NCBI GenBank assembly: GCA_016462645.1
Contig: JAEMSX010000001.1
Coordinates: 1,999 to 65,998 of the forward strand
Reading direction: 5' to 3'
DNA length: 64,000 nucleotides
Source: Thermoleophilaceae bacterium
Lineage (GTDB): Bacteria; Actinomycetota; Thermoleophilia; Solirubrobacterales; JACPNS01
Below, in pieces: positions 54,917-64,000 of this stretch. How positions within the stretch are numbered: the stretch's first letter is position 1; each line of letters starts with the position of its first letter. Position numbers and translations under genes: made by a program. The notes beneath the pieces are model-generated. The model saw only the letters and a program-made list of their open reading frames with translations, had not been told where the DNA came from and searched no databases.

Positions 54917-56836
54917 ATGACACACACCCTCTTCTCTTCAATCCTTGCAGTGACTGAAGCCGCCCCGCCAGCCGGAGGCGCCGCGCTCAAGGAAATCATC
55001 ATCGCCACCCTGATGGGCGGCATCGCCTTCGGTGGCGTCGTGTTCCTCGCGCTCGGGCACCGCAGCGGCAAGATCCACTGGCTGCAGACGGCCGGCGACT
55101 TCGCCGGCAGGCAGCTGAGCCTTCCGGCCTGGGCGGCGCTTCCGCTCGTGGTTCTGACTGGATCGCTGATCGCCGCAGTGTTCGGCCTGTACTGGGACGT
55201 CTCGCTCCACCTTTCAAAGGGCCGCGACGCGGGTCCGCTGGCCAACCCCTCGCACTACTTCATCCTCGTCGGCCTGCTCGGCTGCTTCTCTGCCGGAGTG
55301 CTGGCGCTGACGATGCCCAAGCCCGGCACCAAGCCGAGTCCATGGTCCGTCAAACTCGCCGAAGGCTGGTACGCGCCGGTCGGCGGTCTGCTGATCGCAA
55401 TTTCAGCCGCGTTCGGCCTCGCCGGCTTCCCGCTTGACGACTTCTGGCACCGCATGTTCGGCCAGGACGTCACGCTCTGGGGTCCCACCCACCTCCTGAT
55501 GCTGACCGGCGCCGGCCTCTGCCTGATCGGCGCATCCGTGCTGCTGATCGAAGGTGGCCTCGCAACCGACCGCAAGCGCGGCAACCGCGAGCTGACCCGC
55601 CAGGAGAAGCTCATCCGCACCGGTCGCCGCGCGATGTCCGCCGGCGGACTGCTGGTCGCGCTCTGCATCTACATGGGCGAGTTCGACTTCGGCATCGCGC
55701 AGTTCCAGCAGGTCTTCCACCCGCTGATGGTGATGTTCGCCGCCGGCGTGGCGCTGACCTACGCACGCTCCACAGCCGGTAGGGGCGGCGCGATCCTCGC
55801 CGTGCTCTTCTACCTGCTGGTCCGCGGCCTGCTCACGCTGATCGTGTCGGATGTGTTCGGTCGACCGGAGGCGAGCTTCCCGCTCTTCCTCGGTTGCGCC
55901 ATTGCCGTCGAGCTTGCCGCCCTGGCAATGGGCTCGAGGGTCTACACGAAGCCGATGCAGTTCGCGATCGCCTCCGGTGCTGCGATCGGCACGCTCGGTC
56001 TTGCGACTGAGTGGGCGTGGACCAACGTCTGGGGCATCTACCCGTGGACTTCCGCACTGCTGCCCGAGGGCGCGATCATCGGCTTCATCGCTGCGGTCGC
56101 CGGCGCCTTCATCGGTGCTTGGATGGCCAACTCCCTGATGCTGCGCCCGCGCCCGATGGGCGCACTGCGCTACGCGCCGGTCGCCTCGGTGCTCGTGATG
56201 ATGGTGATGATCGGATACGGCCTGCACCAGTACTCGCCGAAGGGCCTTGAGGCGCAGCTGACCAACACGCCAGCCGCGACGCCTCCGGGCGAGACCGGCA
56301 AGTGGGTCAACACCACGATCAAGCTGAACTCGGACTACTTCGACACCGACCGCAAGTGGGCGAAGTCGATCGCGTGGCAGGGTCCGGGCTTCGTCGTGAA
56401 CGATCTCAAGCAGACCGGCCCCGGCACGTTCGAGACGACCGAGCCGATCCCGGCCTACGGCAAGTGGAAGTCGATGGTGCGCTTCCACAAGGACTCATCG
56501 CTGATGGGCGTCGCGGTGTTCGAACCGCTCGACGCAGCGATCCCCGCCGCGGAGGTCCCGGCCGCACCGCAGGTCACGCGCGACCTGAGGCCCGACCGCG
56601 TGATCCTCCAGCGCGAGGCGAAGTTTGAAGGCGGCTGGCTGACCAACTTCGGCTACTTCCTGCTGTTCGCGATCGCAATGTCGCTGCTCGGCCTGCTGGC
56701 CTGGGGCATCCAGCGCGTGAGCACGCCGCTCACCGAGGAGCAGGGCGCGACCGAGGACGAGGTCGAGAAGGCCAGCAGGCCTCCGGCGACCCGCAGCGCC
56801 TCTAGCGCCCGGCCGTTGACTCCGCGCGACGCTTGA
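54917..56836 (+). CDS. large polytopic membrane protein of unknown function
   Basis: 639 aa. ~11-12 hydrophobic segments, a ~130-aa soluble segment (..KWVNTTIKLNSDYFDTDRKWAKSIAWQGPGFVVNDLK..), then a final TM and an acidic tail. No motif recognised. Confidence 0.65.
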   Translation: MTHTLFSSILAVTEAAPPAGGAALKEIIIATLMGGIAFGGVVFLALGHRSGKIHWLQTAGDFAGRQLSLPAWAALPLVVLTGSLIAAVFGLYWDVSLHLSKGRDAGPLANPSHYFILVGLLGCFSAGVLALTMPKPGTKPSPWSVKLAEGWYAPVGGLLIAISAAFGLAGFPLDDFWHRMFGQDVTLWGPTHLLMLTGAGLCLIGASVLLIEGGLATDRKRGNRELTRQEKLIRTGRRAMSAGGLLVALCIYMGEFDFGIAQFQQVFHPLMVMFAAGVALTYARSTAGRGGAILAVLFYLLVRGLLTLIVSDVFGRPEASFPLFLGCAIAVELAALAMGSRVYTKPMQFAIASGAAIGTLGLATEWAWTNVWGIYPWTSALLPEGAIIGFIAAVAGAFIGAWMANSLMLRPRPMGALRYAPVASVLVMMVMIGYGLHQYSPKGLEAQLTNTPAATPPGETGKWVNTTIKLNSDYFDTDRKWAKSIAWQGPGFVVNDLKQTGPGTFETTEPIPAYGKWKSMVRFHKDSSLMGVAVFEPLDAAIPAAEVPAAPQVTRDLRPDRVILQREAKFEGGWLTNFGYFLLFAIAMSLLGLLAWGIQRVSTPLTEEQGATEDEVEKASRPPATRSASSARPLTPRDA

Positions 56837-57233
56837 GCGCGGAATTGAAACCTGCGTGAACCCGGTCGGGCACCGCCTTGAGCGGCCCGACCGGTTTGAA
56901 CGCCCCGGTGAAGACCTCGTGATGACGCAGCAGCGTCGTCGTCTCGTCGACCGGTTCGATGATGAAGCGGTGGTCTGCGACGAACGCGCCCGGCACGCCG
57001 CCTTTCCAGCGCAGTTCGACGTTCGGCTCGACGGTCAGAAGCGTCGGGAAGAACGGCACGGTCGCGGGCCCGAGCCCAAGCTTGCCCTTCAGCCGCGCGC
57101 CTTCTCTCAGCTCGCCCTTCATCCCCGGCGTCATCGGATTCCAGGCCGGAAACTCACTGAAGTCGGTGATGACCTGCCAGACACGCTCGGGGCTGGCCTT
57201 GATCTCGACGGACTGGGTGTTGGCGATGCTCAT
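56802..57233 (-). CDS. SRPBCC (polyketide cyclase/dehydrase-like) domain protein
   Basis: 143 aa. ..IKASPERVWQVITDFSEFPAWNP.. is typical of the SRPBCC/Polyketide_cyc2 family. Its 3' end overlaps the convergent gene by 35 nt. Confidence 0.7.
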   Translation of the reverse strand: MSIANTQSVEIKASPERVWQVITDFSEFPAWNPMTPGMKGELREGARLKGKLGLGPATVPFFPTLLTVEPNVELRWKGGVPGAFVADHRFIIEPVDETTTLLRHHEVFTGAFKPVGPLKAVPDRVHAGFNSALKRRAESTAGR

Positions 57234-57272
57234 GCCAGCGGAGGGTACCCGCGACCCTTCTAGGATTCCCCC

Positions 57273-57344
57273 GGGTCCTTAGCTCAACTGGTAGAGCATC
57301 GGGCTTTTAACCCGACGGACAGGGTTCGAGTCCCTGAGGACCCA
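57273..57344 (+). tRNA. tRNA-Lys (anticodon UUU)
   Basis: Cloverleaf folded by hand. Acceptor GGGTCCT/AGGACCC, D arm GCTC-AACTGGTA-GAGC, anticodon arm TCGGG-CTTTTAA-CCCGA, T arm CAGGG-TTCGAGT-CCCTG, discriminator A. CCA is not encoded. Confidence 0.9.
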
Positions 57345-57398
57345 CTCTCTTGTTTGCAGTTCGACGCAATCTCGCGCGGCTCGTTAGGTTGGACTGGC

Positions 57399-58199
57399 GT
57401 GCGATTGCGAATTGAAATCTCCGTCGCGACGGTCTTGGTGGTCGCGGCGCTCACCGGATGCGGGACGGATCCCCGTGAGATGGGGAAAGGCTGGCTCACG
57501 TGCACCGGCTACTTCAACCCGGCCAACACCTTTCGCGAGCGTGCCCTGAAGCATCGCGCCGGCGCCGAGCGCATTGACGCCGCGCCCAACCGTGCTTTGA
57601 AGAGAGCCATCGACGGTTCAAATGCGCGCGCGCGAGGTTTTGACCGGCCGGGATGGATCGAGCTTCAAACGAAGCCCGGGATCGTGAAGTTCGGTCTTCC
57701 CTCCAGGCCGTGGGGTCTGGTCGCTCAAGCTACGGCAACTCGCGAAGGAGGCACATGGAAGGCCTCGATCGGGACATGCACGCTCCAGGAATCCACTCCA
57801 GATCGACTCATACTGACGCTCAGGGAACCGGTCAGCGGGTTTGGTGACCCCAACGCTCATGCGGTTCAGGTCTCGACATCCCACGACCTCGACGCATGCC
57901 GACCGGTACGACCCGATTTCGAGATCCGCGAAACGCGGACCCAGGTGACGCTCACTGCAACCTACCCCTGGGATGCGAAGAATCTGAGGATTCGTGACGC
58001 AGATCAAGACGACTGCGCAGGAACCGGCAATGTACGTAGCTACACGGTCAGTCTCCGCGAGCCGCTGGGAACCCGTGCGGTTCGGCAGGGTGGCTACGTG
58101 CCCACGCGGATTCTCGAGTCCGATGCGACGGGGAACTGGGGACCGGGGCCACCCGCGTTCCCGATCGACAGCAGCCCGCCCGGCTCGATCGCGTTCTGA
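57399..58199 (+). CDS. putative lipoprotein
   Basis: GTG at 57399 gives (M)RLRIEISVATVLVVAALTGCGTD.. with the lipobox L-T-G-C. 266 aa, no recognisable domain. The start is uncertain. Confidence 0.45.
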   Translation: MRLRIEISVATVLVVAALTGCGTDPREMGKGWLTCTGYFNPANTFRERALKHRAGAERIDAAPNRALKRAIDGSNARARGFDRPGWIELQTKPGIVKFGLPSRPWGLVAQATATREGGTWKASIGTCTLQESTPDRLILTLREPVSGFGDPNAHAVQVSTSHDLDACRPVRPDFEIRETRTQVTLTATYPWDAKNLRIRDADQDDCAGTGNVRSYTVSLREPLGTRAVRQGGYVPTRILESDATGNWGPGPPAFPIDSSPPGSIAF

Positions 58200-58256
58200 G
58201 GAAACTCTCAGTTTTCTCACAGCGCTGGCTCACGCCTCCCGGCTTAGATCCCGTGC

Positions 58257-59690
58257 ATGATCAACTTCCCATACCTGAAGGCCGAGCTCACGCGACGCCG
58301 GACAAAAACGATTCTGATTTCGATCGGGCTGGCTGTGCCGATCGCGCTCACGATCATGATCGGGGCCTACTCGACCGGACTCTCGAACGCGCAGGACGAT
58401 GTGCTCGAGCCTCTGGTCGGTCTTGGCACCGACATGACCGTCGCGAAAACCTTCACCCCGGGGCAGCGCCCCGACGGTGCCGGGGGTCCGCGAATCGGGC
58501 TGAGCAGCGCCGATGCCGGCGAGAAGATCTCGACAGATACCTACACGACCGGCTTCAACGGTGAGTTCTCCAGCGCCAACGTGACCAAGGTCGCAGGCCT
58601 GGACGGGGTGGAGAGCGCCGTCGGCGGACTGACCGTCAACAACATCAAGGCATCCGGCACGCTCCCGTCGGCGGCTTCTGGCGGCGGCCAGGTCGGTCCG
58701 GGCGCGGCGCCACCCACCGGTGGGCAGGACGGCGGTTTCAACATCGACACTCGCTCGATCACGGGTATCGATCCTTCCAGCGATCTCGGGCCGGTCTCAT
58801 CCGATCAGCTCCAGAAGGGCACGCTGTTGAGCAGCGGTGACGCGAAGGAAGCGCTGCTCACGTCGACCTACGCGAAGTCCAAGTCTCTCACCGTCGGCGA
58901 GACAATCACCCTCAAAGACACCAAGTTCAAGATCGTGGGAATCGTCTCGGCCCCGCTCGCGGGATCGAGCTCCGACATCTACGTGAAGCTCGATCAGCTC
59001 CAGTCGATCGCGGACCTCAAGAACAAGGTCAACAAGATCTACGTTCGCGCCACCGACCAGGCCGCGGTCGCCGCGGTCTCCAAGGAGATCAAGTCGAGTG
59101 TCAGCAATGCGACCGTCACGACCAACGCCAGCCTGGCCGGTCAGGTCAGCGGCTCCCTTGTCGACGCCAACAAGCTGGTCAAGAAGATGGGCGTATTCCT
59201 CGAGCTGATCCTGCTGCTCGCGGCGATCATCATCACGACGATCCTCACGCTGAACGCGGTGAACAAGCGCACGCGTGAGTTCGGAACCTTGAAGTCGATC
59301 GGCTGGAGCAACGCGCGGCTGATCCGCCAGGTGATGGCCGAGTCGCTCTCGACCGGGCTGCTGGGCGCGGCGGCCGGCGTGATCATCGGCGGGGCGGGAA
59401 TGCTCATCGCCAAGGCCGTGCCGATGACGATGAAGATCAGCGGACAGACGACGGGCGGCGGCCCACTCGGCGGCAATGGTGGTGGCGGGGGCAACTTCGC
59501 TCCACCCGGCGCAGCCCGCGCAGCATCAAGCGCAGCCAGCCAGACCATCACCGTGATCCCGACGATCAGCGTCACAACGATCCTGATCGCGGCCGGAATC
59601 GGCGCGGCAACCGCGCTGATCGCCGGCGGACTCGGATCCTTCAAGACATCAAAACTCAGCCCAGTGGAGGCCCTCAAGCATGTCGACTGA
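58257..59690 (+). CDS. ABC transporter permease, FtsX/MacB type
   Basis: 477 aa. N-terminal TM, a ~270-aa extracytoplasmic domain, then an FtsX-like three-TM bundle (..REFGTLKSIGWSNARLIRQVMAESL..). A Gly-rich insert (GQTTGGGPLGGNGGGGGNF) precedes the last TM. Confidence 0.85.
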   Translation: MINFPYLKAELTRRRTKTILISIGLAVPIALTIMIGAYSTGLSNAQDDVLEPLVGLGTDMTVAKTFTPGQRPDGAGGPRIGLSSADAGEKISTDTYTTGFNGEFSSANVTKVAGLDGVESAVGGLTVNNIKASGTLPSAASGGGQVGPGAAPPTGGQDGGFNIDTRSITGIDPSSDLGPVSSDQLQKGTLLSSGDAKEALLTSTYAKSKSLTVGETITLKDTKFKIVGIVSAPLAGSSSDIYVKLDQLQSIADLKNKVNKIYVRATDQAAVAAVSKEIKSSVSNATVTTNASLAGQVSGSLVDANKLVKKMGVFLELILLLAAIIITTILTLNAVNKRTREFGTLKSIGWSNARLIRQVMAESLSTGLLGAAAGVIIGGAGMLIAKAVPMTMKISGQTTGGGPLGGNGGGGGNFAPPGAARAASSAASQTITVIPTISVTTILIAAGIGAATALIAGGLGSFKTSKLSPVEALKHVD

Positions 59691-60417
59691 AACTCTCAAC
59701 CAGAATGCATTCGAACTGATCGGCGTCGGGCGCACATATGCCACCGAGGCCGGCGGGATCGATGCGGTCAAAAACATCGACCTGGTGATTGGCCGCGGCG
59801 AGTACGTCGTGATCGTGGGACCATCGGGCTCCGGCAAGAGCACGCTCCTGCAACTGATGGGGATGCTCGATCAGCCGACGCGCGGTCACATCAAGTGCGC
59901 GGGTGAAGAGGTCTCCGCGCTCTCTGAGGCCGAGCTCGCAGAGATGCGTCTGCACAAGGTCGGGTTCATCTTCCAGCAGTTCAACCTGATCCCGACGCTC
60001 ACCGCGCAGCAGAACGTCGAGATCGCGATGTTCCCGACCGACCTCACCAAGGACGCGGCAAAGGCACGCGCGATCAAGCTGCTCGGACAGGTCGGGCTGG
60101 CCGATCGAGCCGACCACTACCCGAGCCAGCTCTCAGGCGGCGAACAACAGCGCGTCGCGATCGCGCGGGCGCTTGCGAACGAGCCGGAGATCCTGCTGGC
60201 CGATGAGCCGACTGGAAACCTCGACTCCACGACCAGCGACGAGATCCTCACGCTGCTGCGTGGCCTGAACGACGAGGGGCTCACGCTCGCGCTGATCACG
60301 CACGACCGCGAGATCGCCGAATCCGCACCGCGCACCTATGTGATGCGCGACGGCGAGCTGAACTCTCAGGAAACTCTCAGCGAAGCTACAGGCGCCATTA
60401 ACACGGCTGCGCTTTGA
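59680..60417 (+). CDS. ABC transporter ATP-binding protein (MacB/LolD-like)
   Basis: 245 aa. Walker A GPSGSGKST, signature LSGGEQQRVAIARAL, Walker B ILLADEPTGNLD. Overlaps the permease gene by 11 nt. Confidence 0.95.
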   Translation: MSTETLNQNAFELIGVGRTYATEAGGIDAVKNIDLVIGRGEYVVIVGPSGSGKSTLLQLMGMLDQPTRGHIKCAGEEVSALSEAELAEMRLHKVGFIFQQFNLIPTLTAQQNVEIAMFPTDLTKDAAKARAIKLLGQVGLADRADHYPSQLSGGEQQRVAIARALANEPEILLADEPTGNLDSTTSDEILTLLRGLNDEGLTLALITHDREIAESAPRTYVMRDGELNSQETLSEATGAINTAAL

Positions 60418-60525
60418 TGTACGAGTAAGCACAGCGGGTTCGGTTCGCCACTTTTGAGCGAGCGAGGCGGACCGATGCGGAAGGCTTTTGAGCGAGAGCT
60501 CTTCCGCGGCAGACCGCGGTGTTCA

Positions 60526-60580
60526 GGCGGTTCCAGTCCCGAGGTTTCCCCCTCCCACACTGGAGCCGCCTTTTCCTTTT
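60526..60580 (+). terminator. hairpin plus T-tract (intrinsic terminator of the ABC operon, or attenuator of the downstream fasciclin/dipZ genes)
   Basis: GGCGGTTCCAGT-N21-ACTGGAGCCGCC (12 bp including one G-U) is followed by TTTTCCTTTT (60571-60580). Confidence 0.5.
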
Positions 60581-60722
60581 GGCGATTCTTTTAATCCGGT
60601 AGCGGCTGCTTCCCGTAGAAGCAACGACGGGCGAACTCGTTTCCATCCTTCGCCCGCGAAACCACCCACATACCTACCGGCCGGGGTCAGCCCGCGATCC
60701 GGAGATACGAAGGAGTCCAACA

Positions 60723-61349
60723 ATGCGCTCACTCACGCGTAGGCCGCTGCTTGCGGTCATGATGATGCTCGTCCTCGGTTTGGCCGCAGTGGCCGCCGGT
60801 GGTTGCGGCAGTGACGACAACACCTCCTCCTCGAGCGACACCGCTTCGGGCGAGTCGATGAGCAGCACCAGCGAAGGCGTGGAGGTCGGCGGCGCGATGA
60901 TGACGCCGAACCGCGACATCGTCGCCAACGCCTCTGACGCCTCCAACGTGACCACCCTGGTCGCGCTGGTCACACAAGCAGACCTCGTCGAGACCCTCCA
61001 GGGCAAGGGACCGTTCACCGTCTTCGCGCCGGACAACGACGCCTTCGCCGCGCTGCCCAAGGAAACAACCGACAGTCTGATGAAGGACGAGAACAAGAAG
61101 CAGCTCGCCACCATCCTGACCTACCACGTTGTTCCGGGCGAGTACGACGCGGCGAAGATCACTGAGATCGCCAACGAGGGCGGAACCCTGACCACGGTCG
61201 AGGGCGGCAAGCTGACTCCGGAACTCGACGGCGACAAGGTCGTGATCAAGGACGAGAGCGGCGGTACGGTGACTGTCACCCAGGCAGACATCACGTCTTC
61301 GAACGGTGTGACGCACATTGTCGACGGCGTCCTGATGCCGAAGTCGTAG
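60723..61349 (+). CDS. fasciclin (FAS1) domain lipoprotein/secreted protein
   Basis: 208 aa with GAAGGAG 8 nt upstream. Signal with ..LAAVAAGGCGSD.. lipobox-like Cys. FAS1 motifs ..TVFAPDNDAFAALP.. and ..ILTYHVVPGEY.., ..NGVTHIVDGVLMP... Confidence 0.85.
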   Translation: MRSLTRRPLLAVMMMLVLGLAAVAAGGCGSDDNTSSSSDTASGESMSSTSEGVEVGGAMMTPNRDIVANASDASNVTTLVALVTQADLVETLQGKGPFTVFAPDNDAFAALPKETTDSLMKDENKKQLATILTYHVVPGEYDAAKITEIANEGGTLTTVEGGKLTPELDGDKVVIKDESGGTVTVTQADITSSNGVTHIVDGVLMPKS

Positions 61350-61359
61350 AACCCACGCA

Positions 61360-63123
61360 ATGCTCCTGCTGCTTCTATTCGGATTTATCGCCGGCGCGGC
61401 CACCGCGGTATCTCCGTGCGCGCTGCCGGTTCTGCCTGTCGTCTTTGCGGCGGGCGCGACCGGCGGCAGGAAGCGGCCGGCCGGGATTGCCACCGGCCTT
61501 GCCCTCAGCTTCACGTTCGCGACCGTCCTGCTCGTCTACCTGATCTCGGCGCTCGGACTGTCCGACAGCATCATTCGCTACTTCGCGATCGGAGTGCTGC
61601 TGATCTTCGGACTGAGCCTGGTGATCCCGAGCGTCTCGATGCGGCTCGAAGGCATAATCAGCCGCGTCACGGCGCGCAGCGCGGGCAGAATCTCCTCCGC
61701 CACGCAGGGCGACGGCACGAAGGACGGCTTCTGGTCGGGTGTGCTGATCGGATCCGGACTCGGCCTGGTCTATGCACCCTGCGCAGGACCGATCCTCGCC
61801 GGAGTCATCACCGTCTCCGCCTCGCAGAGCTTCTCGGCCGGGCGAATGGGCGTCGCGCTCGCCTACGGGCTCGGTTCGGCGCTCACCTTCTATGCGCTGA
61901 TGCTCGGCGGGCGCAGGCTGATCACCCCGCTCGCCAAACGCAGCCAGACCTTCCAGTACGCGATCGGCGCCGTGATGATCGTCGTCGCGGTCGGCATGTT
62001 CGCGAACCTCGACACGAAGTTCCAGACGGCGATCGCCAGTGATCTCCCCGCCTTCCTGGTCAACCCGACCGAGAGTCTCGAGCGCTCCAAGACCGCACAG
62101 GCCAAGCTCACCGCGCTGCGCGGCGATCGCGCGGCGGCCTACACATCTTCCGACACGAAGCAGGGCGAGAAGCTGCCCGACATCGCGGTCGCCCCGGACT
62201 TCGTCGGCACTCAGCGCTGGTTCAACACGCCGGGCAACAGGCCGCTGACGAAGGCCAGCCTGCGCGGCAAGGTGTACCTCGTCGACTTCTGGACCTACAC
62301 CTGCATCAACTGCATCCGCACGTTCCCGTATCTGAAGGCCTGGCAGAAGAAGTACGAGGACAAGGGCTTTGAGATCGTCGGTGTGCACACGCCCGAGTTC
62401 GCGTTTGAAAAATCGGCCAGCAACGTGCAGGGTGCGATCAACCAGAACGGACTGGACTACGCCGTGGCGCAGGACAACGACTTCAAGACCTGGGACGCCT
62501 TCCGCAACCAGTACTGGCCGGCGCACTATCTGATCGACGCGAAGGGGATGATTCGCGACATCCACTACGGCGAGGGCAAGTATCTCGAGACCGAAGAGGC
62601 GATCCGCTCGCTGCTGCGCGAGAACGGCGTGCGCGGACTGGGCACGGACGCGACAAGGAGCGTGAAGGCCGAGCACGCCACGAGTTTCAAGATCTCCCCG
62701 GAGACCTACCTCGGCGCCGCGCGCGCCGACCGCTACGAAGGCGAGATGCCGTCCGCTGACACATCGAACTACGGCAGCAAGACGATCAAGCTTGTGCCGT
62801 CGACGTTTCGCCTCGGCGGCGTGTGGAAGGTCGGCGAGCAGGGCGCGACTGCGGGCTCCGGCGCATTCCTGGACTTCCGCACGGTCTCCCGCCGCACGTT
62901 CCTGGTGCTCGGCTCGAAAGGCAACAGGCCGCGCAGGATGCAGGTGTTGCTCGACGGCAGGCCGATCAGTGCTGCGGACGCGGGCAGCGATGTCAAGAAC
63001 GGCGTCGCGACGATCAGCAACCAGCGGCCCTATCGGCTGGTTGACACCGGCAAGATCGAGACGCACATGCTGACGCTTCGCCCCGCTCCGGGGATCAGCG
63101 GCTATGCGTTCACCTTCGGCTAG
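61360..63123 (+). CDS. DipZ-like protein: CcdA/DsbD-type thiol-disulfide transporter fused to a thioredoxin-like domain and a C-terminal beta domain
   Basis: 587 aa. ..AATAVSPCALPVLPVVF.. and ..LVYAPCAGPILAGV.. are CcdA/DsbD TM Cys motifs. ..VYLVDFWTYTCINCIRTFPYL.. is a redoxin CxxC motif. Architecture as recalled for mycobacterial DipZ. Confidence 0.8.
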   Translation: MLLLLLFGFIAGAATAVSPCALPVLPVVFAAGATGGRKRPAGIATGLALSFTFATVLLVYLISALGLSDSIIRYFAIGVLLIFGLSLVIPSVSMRLEGIISRVTARSAGRISSATQGDGTKDGFWSGVLIGSGLGLVYAPCAGPILAGVITVSASQSFSAGRMGVALAYGLGSALTFYALMLGGRRLITPLAKRSQTFQYAIGAVMIVVAVGMFANLDTKFQTAIASDLPAFLVNPTESLERSKTAQAKLTALRGDRAAAYTSSDTKQGEKLPDIAVAPDFVGTQRWFNTPGNRPLTKASLRGKVYLVDFWTYTCINCIRTFPYLKAWQKKYEDKGFEIVGVHTPEFAFEKSASNVQGAINQNGLDYAVAQDNDFKTWDAFRNQYWPAHYLIDAKGMIRDIHYGEGKYLETEEAIRSLLRENGVRGLGTDATRSVKAEHATSFKISPETYLGAARADRYEGEMPSADTSNYGSKTIKLVPSTFRLGGVWKVGEQGATAGSGAFLDFRTVSRRTFLVLGSKGNRPRRMQVLLDGRPISAADAGSDVKNGVATISNQRPYRLVDTGKIETHMLTLRPAPGISGYAFTFG

Positions 63124-63311
63124 TCGCTGGGGCGTTCGTGCAGAAGGCTCTCGCGCAGTACACGGGCCTGAATCGCGAACTCGATCATCTCGGGATCGCC
63201 GGCAGCGCGACGGTACTCGTCTGAGTCGATGAAGCTGATGACCGGCTCAGGGCGTTCGCTCGCAGACGGTGCGACGGGGACCTGCTGTTCGATGGGACGA
63301 CGCCAATCCAT
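63120..63311 (-). CDS. small hypothetical protein
   Basis: 63 aa with high GC3, 39 nt downstream of the DoxX-like gene on the same strand. No motif. It may not be real. Confidence 0.3.
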   Translation of the reverse strand: MDWRRPIEQQVPVAPSASERPEPVISFIDSDEYRRAAGDPEMIEFAIQARVLRESLLHERPSD

Positions 63312-63350
63312 ACAAATTGTGTCGGCGTCCGACGGGATTACTTGAGCGCA

Positions 63351-63728
63351 CTACTCGGTACGGCGTTGCGATCCGCGCCAGACGAGCGCGATCGCCGCAA
63401 ACTGCAGCGGCAGGCGTGCCCAAAGCGCCCACGCCGGGAACTGCTTGAACCGATCGGGGTTCAGCGCCATGTTGATGTTCGCCGGGAAGACGGCGATCAG
63501 CAGTGCGATCAGGCCCTTGCCCGCAAGCTTGCGCGTGCGCGGAATAAGGACACCGGCGGCACCGGCGAGTTCGGCAACACCCGAGATCTGGACGAGCGCC
63601 TTCGGGCTCGGGAGGCTCTTCGGGACGATCGCGATGAAGAACTTCTCGTGCGTGAAGTGCAGGATCCCCGTGGTCGTGAAGATCGCTGCTGTGCCGACGC
63701 GCGCTGCGGTGGTGCGGTCCCTTGCCAT
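63351..63728 (-). CDS. DoxX-family membrane protein
   Basis: Trimmed to the ATG at 63728 (MARDRTTAARVGTAAIFTTTGILHF..), 125 aa with 3-4 TM segments. ..ISGVAELAGAAGVLIP.. and ..LIAVFPANI.. resemble DoxX/DoxX_2 proteins. Confidence 0.55.
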   Translation of the reverse strand: MARDRTTAARVGTAAIFTTTGILHFTHEKFFIAIVPKSLPSPKALVQISGVAELAGAAGVLIPRTRKLAGKGLIALLIAVFPANINMALNPDRFKQFPAWALWARLPLQFAAIALVWRGSQRRTE

Positions 63729-63785
63729 CGCGCAGGAGCCTACCCGTTGCCGCCGGTTCGTGGTTACGATCCCGGCGTGGCTCAT

Positions 63786-64000
63786 ATGCGAACAATCGGG
63801 ATTCTGGCGGCCGCGCTCTTTCTGCTCTTCGCAGTGACTGGCTGTGGCGACAGTGAGACGAGTCGTCCGGCGAATTCACCCACGCCAACGGCCGCGGCCG
63901 GGCCCTCCGGCAACAGCGGCGCAACGACTTCTCCTTCTGCGCCGTCAGCGGACGCGGCCACACCGAAACTCGACAGGTCCGGGAAGCGGTTCGCGGCGAA
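63786..64000 (+). CDS. putative lipoprotein, N-terminal part (3' end outside window)
   Basis: The ATG at 63786 gives MRTIGILAAALFLLFAVTGCGDSETS.. with lipobox V-T-G-C, followed by a Pro/Ser/Ala-rich linker. The frame is open to the window edge. It is not in the ORF track because no stop is reached. Confidence 0.45.
   Translation, partial: MRTIGILAAALFLLFAVTGCGDSETSRPANSPTPTAAAGPSGNSGATTSPSAPSADAATPKLDRSGKRFAA

Noticed and set aside
57273-60417. Genomic island integrated at tRNA-Lys (tRNA followed by lipoprotein and ABC exporter genes)
   Set aside because: No integrase or recombinase is present. I could not find a direct repeat of the tRNA 3' end downstream, and there is no obvious compositional break.

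Overview
GC-rich actinobacterial-type chromosomal segment (G+C not computed). Lineage-specific proteins suggest a Thermoleophilia/Solirubrobacterales-like organism, but that is inference only. No search or folding tool was run; every family call comes from motifs read in the supplied translations. Many ORF-track entries are antisense or out-of-frame artefacts of high GC and were ignored or trimmed. The backbone is housekeeping. It holds a dnaK-grpE-dnaJ-hspR-clpB heat-shock operon (6.1-12.9 kb). Most of de novo purine synthesis is split into five blocks: GYD-purD-purE, purB, purC, purS-purQ-purL-purF and purN-purH. Also present are greA, an endonuclease III, an AlkA-like glycosylase, tRNA-Lys(UUU), a MacB-type ABC exporter and a fasciclin/DipZ-like redox pair. 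Between these blocks sit lineage-specific exported proteins: two RCC1-repeat proteins, two tandem beta-helix/PKD paralogues and a 974-aa secreted amidase. The most unusual part is a minus-strand cluster at 47.2-54.9 kb. There a MerR-family regulator is followed by two tandem copies of a module. Each module is a large secreted 8-Cys/Ig-like protein translationally coupled to a single-polypeptide ECF sigma / zf-HC2 anti-sigma membrane protein. I could not map this arrangement to a described system. Other points worth a second look are a Y1 (IS200/RAYT-like) transposase homologue with a degenerate HUH motif flanked by strong hairpins, and an ion-channel gene coupled to purE. Orphan ORFs also sit inside pur blocks, and there are several palindromic operator candidates. 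I saw no rRNA, CRISPR array, integrase or prophage.
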